A DNA stretch of 40,000 bases from Candidatus Altimarinota bacterium (lineage in GTDB: Bacteria > Patescibacteriota > Gracilibacteria > UBA1369 > UM-FILTER-53-11), in assembly GCA_018061065.1 (NCBI GenBank), contig JAGOUV010000001.1:12217-52216 (forward strand), written 5' to 3'. The translations under genes were made by a program, and so were the position numbers. Below the pieces are notes generated by a model, which made no database searches, was not told where the DNA came from, and saw nothing but the letters and a program-made list of their open reading frames with translations. Below are positions 37,023 through 40,000 of this stretch, piece by piece. Within the stretch, counting starts at the first letter, position 1, and every line of letters starts with the position of its first letter.

Positions 37023-38282
37023 TTACATTTGCATAAGACGAATCACTTTGCGCAGCAAGGTGGTCATGAGATGTTCTTCATCGATATACTCCACGCCCAG
37101 CCGCGCCAGACCCAGCGGAGTAATATCTTGTGGATCATTCAGTCGACGTGTGTGATCCTTAATATTAGTTACCATTTTGGGCGTAAGAATCTCCACAATA
37201 GGAGTCTTCTTAAAAGGCATATCTTTATACCACTCGGTCGTGGTCATGAGCTGACGAATTTCTGGTAAGTGGGAACCACCGCCACACATATAAATATGGT
37301 GAGGCAAAACTTCCTGGCCAAACTCACCAAGCGTAATGATTATTCCCGAGAGCCACACATCTGCATCCGTTTCCATTGCCTCTTTTACGACGCGCTCAGA
37401 TTGTTTTTCTAGTCCACCTTTTCCATATGCCTGCTTAATCGACTCCGCTTCAGAAAGCGAAATATTCAGTACCGAGGCGAGCCGTTTAGTAAATGTACGT
37501 CCGCCGAGCGTAAACATTTTAGTAGCCTCTACGCAGCCGTTACGCACGAGTGCAATATCAGTAGTTCCTCCGCCAATATCGATAAACAATGCAGAGAGCG
37601 GATTATCCGGTGAGGGATCCAGCACCTGTGCCAGTGCATACGGTTCGGCAGTAATCGTCATAATATTCAAATTCAATTCGGCGGCAATAGTTTGCAACGC
37701 ACCGAAATGCACGAGTGGCGCAAAGGCGTTAAAGAGCGCGATCTCGATTTCTTTTCCTTGAAATCCTATGGGATTTTTTACTGAGAACCCATCGATGCGA
37801 ACATCGACGAGCGCCGCATTGACGAGTTTAATATCAATTTCACTACACCCCGTCTCACTTGCCAGCTGAGTGCGCGTTTCTTCAAAAGATTTCCACTGCA
37901 CTTTGTGAATAATTTGCTTGAGTTCATGAAGATCAATTTTTGTCTGTGGTTCTTTTCTCGTATAGACCGTTCGATAGGTAATGCCTTTTACTAATTCACC
38001 CGCGATTCCCAAAACTACATCGCTCGGATACATGTCCGCTTCATTGCATGCCTGTTCAAGCGCTTGAGAGCAATTTTCAATTACTCCTGCAATATCCAAA
38101 ACAGCACCACTATTCATATCGCCGGGCTTCTGGGGAACCTTTCCCACGCCGCGAATATGGGCTATGTCACCAGCTGCTTCACAGACGAGCGCCTTTACGA
38201 CATCAGTCCCGATATCGAGCGCCAAGAATCCTCCGCCGCGCTTCTGTGTTTCATTTTTTTTCCTCCGTAGAAAGTTCAACAT
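37023..38282 (-). CDS. ftsA: Cell division protein FtsA (actin-fold ATPase)
   Basis: LALDIGTDVVKALV, FIDIGGGTTDIALV...GGRTFTKRLA...AESIKQAYG and MCGGGSHLPEI are present, along with an inserted 1C-like subdomain and a C-terminal amphipathic helix (TTLLRKVIRLMQM). Confidence 0.8.
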   Translation of the reverse strand: MLNFLRRKKNETQKRGGGFLALDIGTDVVKALVCEAAGDIAHIRGVGKVPQKPGDMNSGAVLDIAGVIENCSQALEQACNEADMYPSDVVLGIAGELVKGITYRTVYTRKEPQTKIDLHELKQIIHKVQWKSFEETRTQLASETGCSEIDIKLVNAALVDVRIDGFSVKNPIGFQGKEIEIALFNAFAPLVHFGALQTIAAELNLNIMTITAEPYALAQVLDPSPDNPLSALFIDIGGGTTDIALVRNGCVEATKMFTLGGRTFTKRLASVLNISLSEAESIKQAYGKGGLEKQSERVVKEAMETDADVWLSGIIITLGEFGQEVLPHHIYMCGGGSHLPEIRQLMTTTEWYKDMPFKKTPIVEILTPKMVTNIKDHTRRLNDPQDITPLGLARLGVEYIDEEHLMTTLLRKVIRLMQM

Positions 38283-38536
38283 GAGCGACTAACAGAATAC
38301 CTTAAAATTATGATATAATGAAATGATGCTATTTTTAAATAAAGACATAATTACGGAGGGAATTCGAGGAGCGTTGTCCATGACCATACCGCAGATCGTG
38401 AAGGCTCCTGTTTCTAGTAGTGCCAACTCTGACACCAGACATTTTATTTCTGATACGTTTCGTTTTATTAGAAAAATTCCTGCGCGCAATTATGCACGGC
38501 TCAATGAGTATTCGCCGATAGGCTGGTTGTGAAGAC

Positions 38537-39679
38537 CTAGCGAGCAACTATTCGTGGAATAGTCTCGTTAATGCGCGTGGTGATTTCGTAATTAATAGTA
38601 TCCGCCCACAGTGCAAGTTCCTGTGCCGTGATGCCATCACCGATGAGTGTCACCGGATCTTCTAGCTTCACGCGAGGAATATCAGTCACATCAACCATCA
38701 TAATATTCATGCAGACGCGTCCCACCACCGGCGCGCGTTTTTTGTGAATGAGCACTTGAGCTTTATTACTCAATCCACGATCATAGCCGTCATAGTAGCC
38801 TACCGGTAGAATTGCCAAACGTGTCGGACGCTTTGCCTGAAAAGTGCAGCCATATCCCACAAATGCTCCTGCGGGGATTTCTTTTATCTGCACTACATGG
38901 GTTTTCCAGCTCAATGCACGACGAAGATTTTTCCCCGGATGATTTTTTCTGAATACACTTTCTACTTCAGGGCTTGGCCACATTCCGTATGCAGCTACAC
39001 CAGGGCGAACTAGTTGGAAATGCGTTTCAGGGAATAATAATGTCGCAGCAGAGTTGGCGCAGTGTGCGAGGGGAATTTCGATATTATTTTTTTTAAGCAG
39101 CTCGATTGCTTCTAGAAAACGTTTGAGCTGTTGACGCGGATATGAGTTTCCATCGAATGCACTGCTTACCGCAATATCCTCGATATTGGCAAAATGCGTT
39201 GAAATTCCCTCTACTATTATATTGTTTTTCTTACATTCCTTAACAAATGCTACTAATTCATCCGTATGAATTCCCTGACGATGATTGCCCGTCTCTACTT
39301 TTATATGAATGATCGCCCCCTTTATTTTCTTCAGTGCTGCAATGGTCTCCCTATTATATACGGTCAATCTACAGCCGAGCTTCACCGCTTCTTTTAAATC
39401 AGAAAGGGGAGTGTATCCCAAAATTAAAATCGGGACTTTTGCATATTTTTTTGGCAGTTGTTTTCTCAATATTTGGGCTTCAAATAGCGCATTTACGCAA
39501 AGCCAATCCGCTCCACCATCGAGAAAAGCAGTAGCGGTCTCAACTAATCCGTGACCATACGCATTAGACTTTACCGCCGGAGCCATGAGGACTTTTTTGC
39601 CAATTACTCCTCTAATTAGGCGAATATTAGAGGTGAGAGCGCTTCGAGAGATAGCTACTCTAGATAATGTTATTGACAT
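38537..39679 (-). CDS. alr: Alanine racemase
   Basis: The PLP-Lys motif APAVKSNAYGHG is present in a 380-aa protein with a typical C-terminal beta domain (GYGCTF...VGRVCMNIMMVDVT). Confidence 0.92.
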   Translation of the reverse strand: MSITLSRVAISRSALTSNIRLIRGVIGKKVLMAPAVKSNAYGHGLVETATAFLDGGADWLCVNALFEAQILRKQLPKKYAKVPILILGYTPLSDLKEAVKLGCRLTVYNRETIAALKKIKGAIIHIKVETGNHRQGIHTDELVAFVKECKKNNIIVEGISTHFANIEDIAVSSAFDGNSYPRQQLKRFLEAIELLKKNNIEIPLAHCANSAATLLFPETHFQLVRPGVAAYGMWPSPEVESVFRKNHPGKNLRRALSWKTHVVQIKEIPAGAFVGYGCTFQAKRPTRLAILPVGYYDGYDRGLSNKAQVLIHKKRAPVVGRVCMNIMMVDVTDIPRVKLEDPVTLIGDGITAQELALWADTINYEITTRINETIPRIVAR

Positions 39680-39798
39680 ATGCGCAATATTATTCTATAA
39701 TTTACACGTAAATGAAAAACAAATATATGAGCCACGGCAGTCAGTATATGTAATTACGGTAGTTTGTTAAATCAATTATTTTTTAATTTTATACGCTT

Positions 39799-40000
39799 AT
39801 GCGTAAAAACAAAAAGTTAGTAGCAGATGCAGTCTCAGAGATGAGACACTTCTTGCTGGGTGCATCACTCGTTTTGGTGCTCGTAACGGTAGTGCCCGCT
39901 TTGGCACAGGACGCACCTCCACCACCACCACCACCAGCAGGCGGTGAGATGATGCCACCTCCTCCGGGCGGACAGATGCCACCTCCAGGCGGTGAACAGA
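39799..40000 (+). CDS. Secreted Pro/Gly-rich repeat protein, N-terminal part; the ORF runs off the right edge
   Basis: My own translation from the ATG at 39799 reads MRKNKKLVADAVSEMRHFLLGASLVLVLVTVVPALAQDAPPPPPPPAGGEMMPPPPGGQMPPPGGEQ. This is a signal peptide followed by GG(E/Q)M-PPPP repeats. The track ORF 39797..39982 (-) is its antisense shadow. Confidence 0.5.
   Translation, partial: MRKNKKLVADAVSEMRHFLLGASLVLVLVTVVPALAQDAPPPPPPPAGGEMMPPPPGGQMPPPGGEQ

Overview
The window is a very gene-dense, moderately AT-rich bacterial chromosome segment. It uses the standard genetic code: TGA terminates sufB and tsaB. It contains no rRNA genes, CRISPR arrays, transposases or integrases. Most of it is housekeeping: sufC-sufB-sufD with an Rrf2 regulator, lgt, hpf, leuS, rsmI, tsaB, trxA, rnhA, cdaA-cdaR, aroD, ychF, mnmA, ligA, dnaX, comF, a GT4 glycosyltransferase, ftsA, alr and two tRNA-Val genes. 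Between these lie many unannotatable genes whose products are Pro/Thr/Gln-rich or lipid-anchored. Several traits suggest an uncultivated reduced-genome bacterium of the Patescibacteria/CPR type, though this is inference only. The traits are no visible Shine-Dalgarno motifs, -10 boxes placed directly before start codons, an orphan pseudopilin, a sortase, and mixed-function operons with overlapping stops and starts. The most interesting locus is a tight five-gene minus-strand operon (23774->19155). It combines a lytic-transglycosylase-domain protein and a catalytically degenerate LytM/M23-like protein with three helical proteins that lack signal peptides. The two enzyme-like proteins share an N-terminal motif and an amphipathic helix. 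The last gene of the operon belongs to a helical-domain family that has two further copies in the window. Other notable items are ftsA coupled to a 602-aa bitopic protein instead of ftsZ, a serine hydrolase split by one in-frame TAA, an atypical protein kinase coupled to rnhA by a TAATG overlap, and a duplicated 44-nt leader before both tRNA-Val genes. There is also a 70-nt nested-stem element upstream of comF and a palindrome-rich intergenic region.
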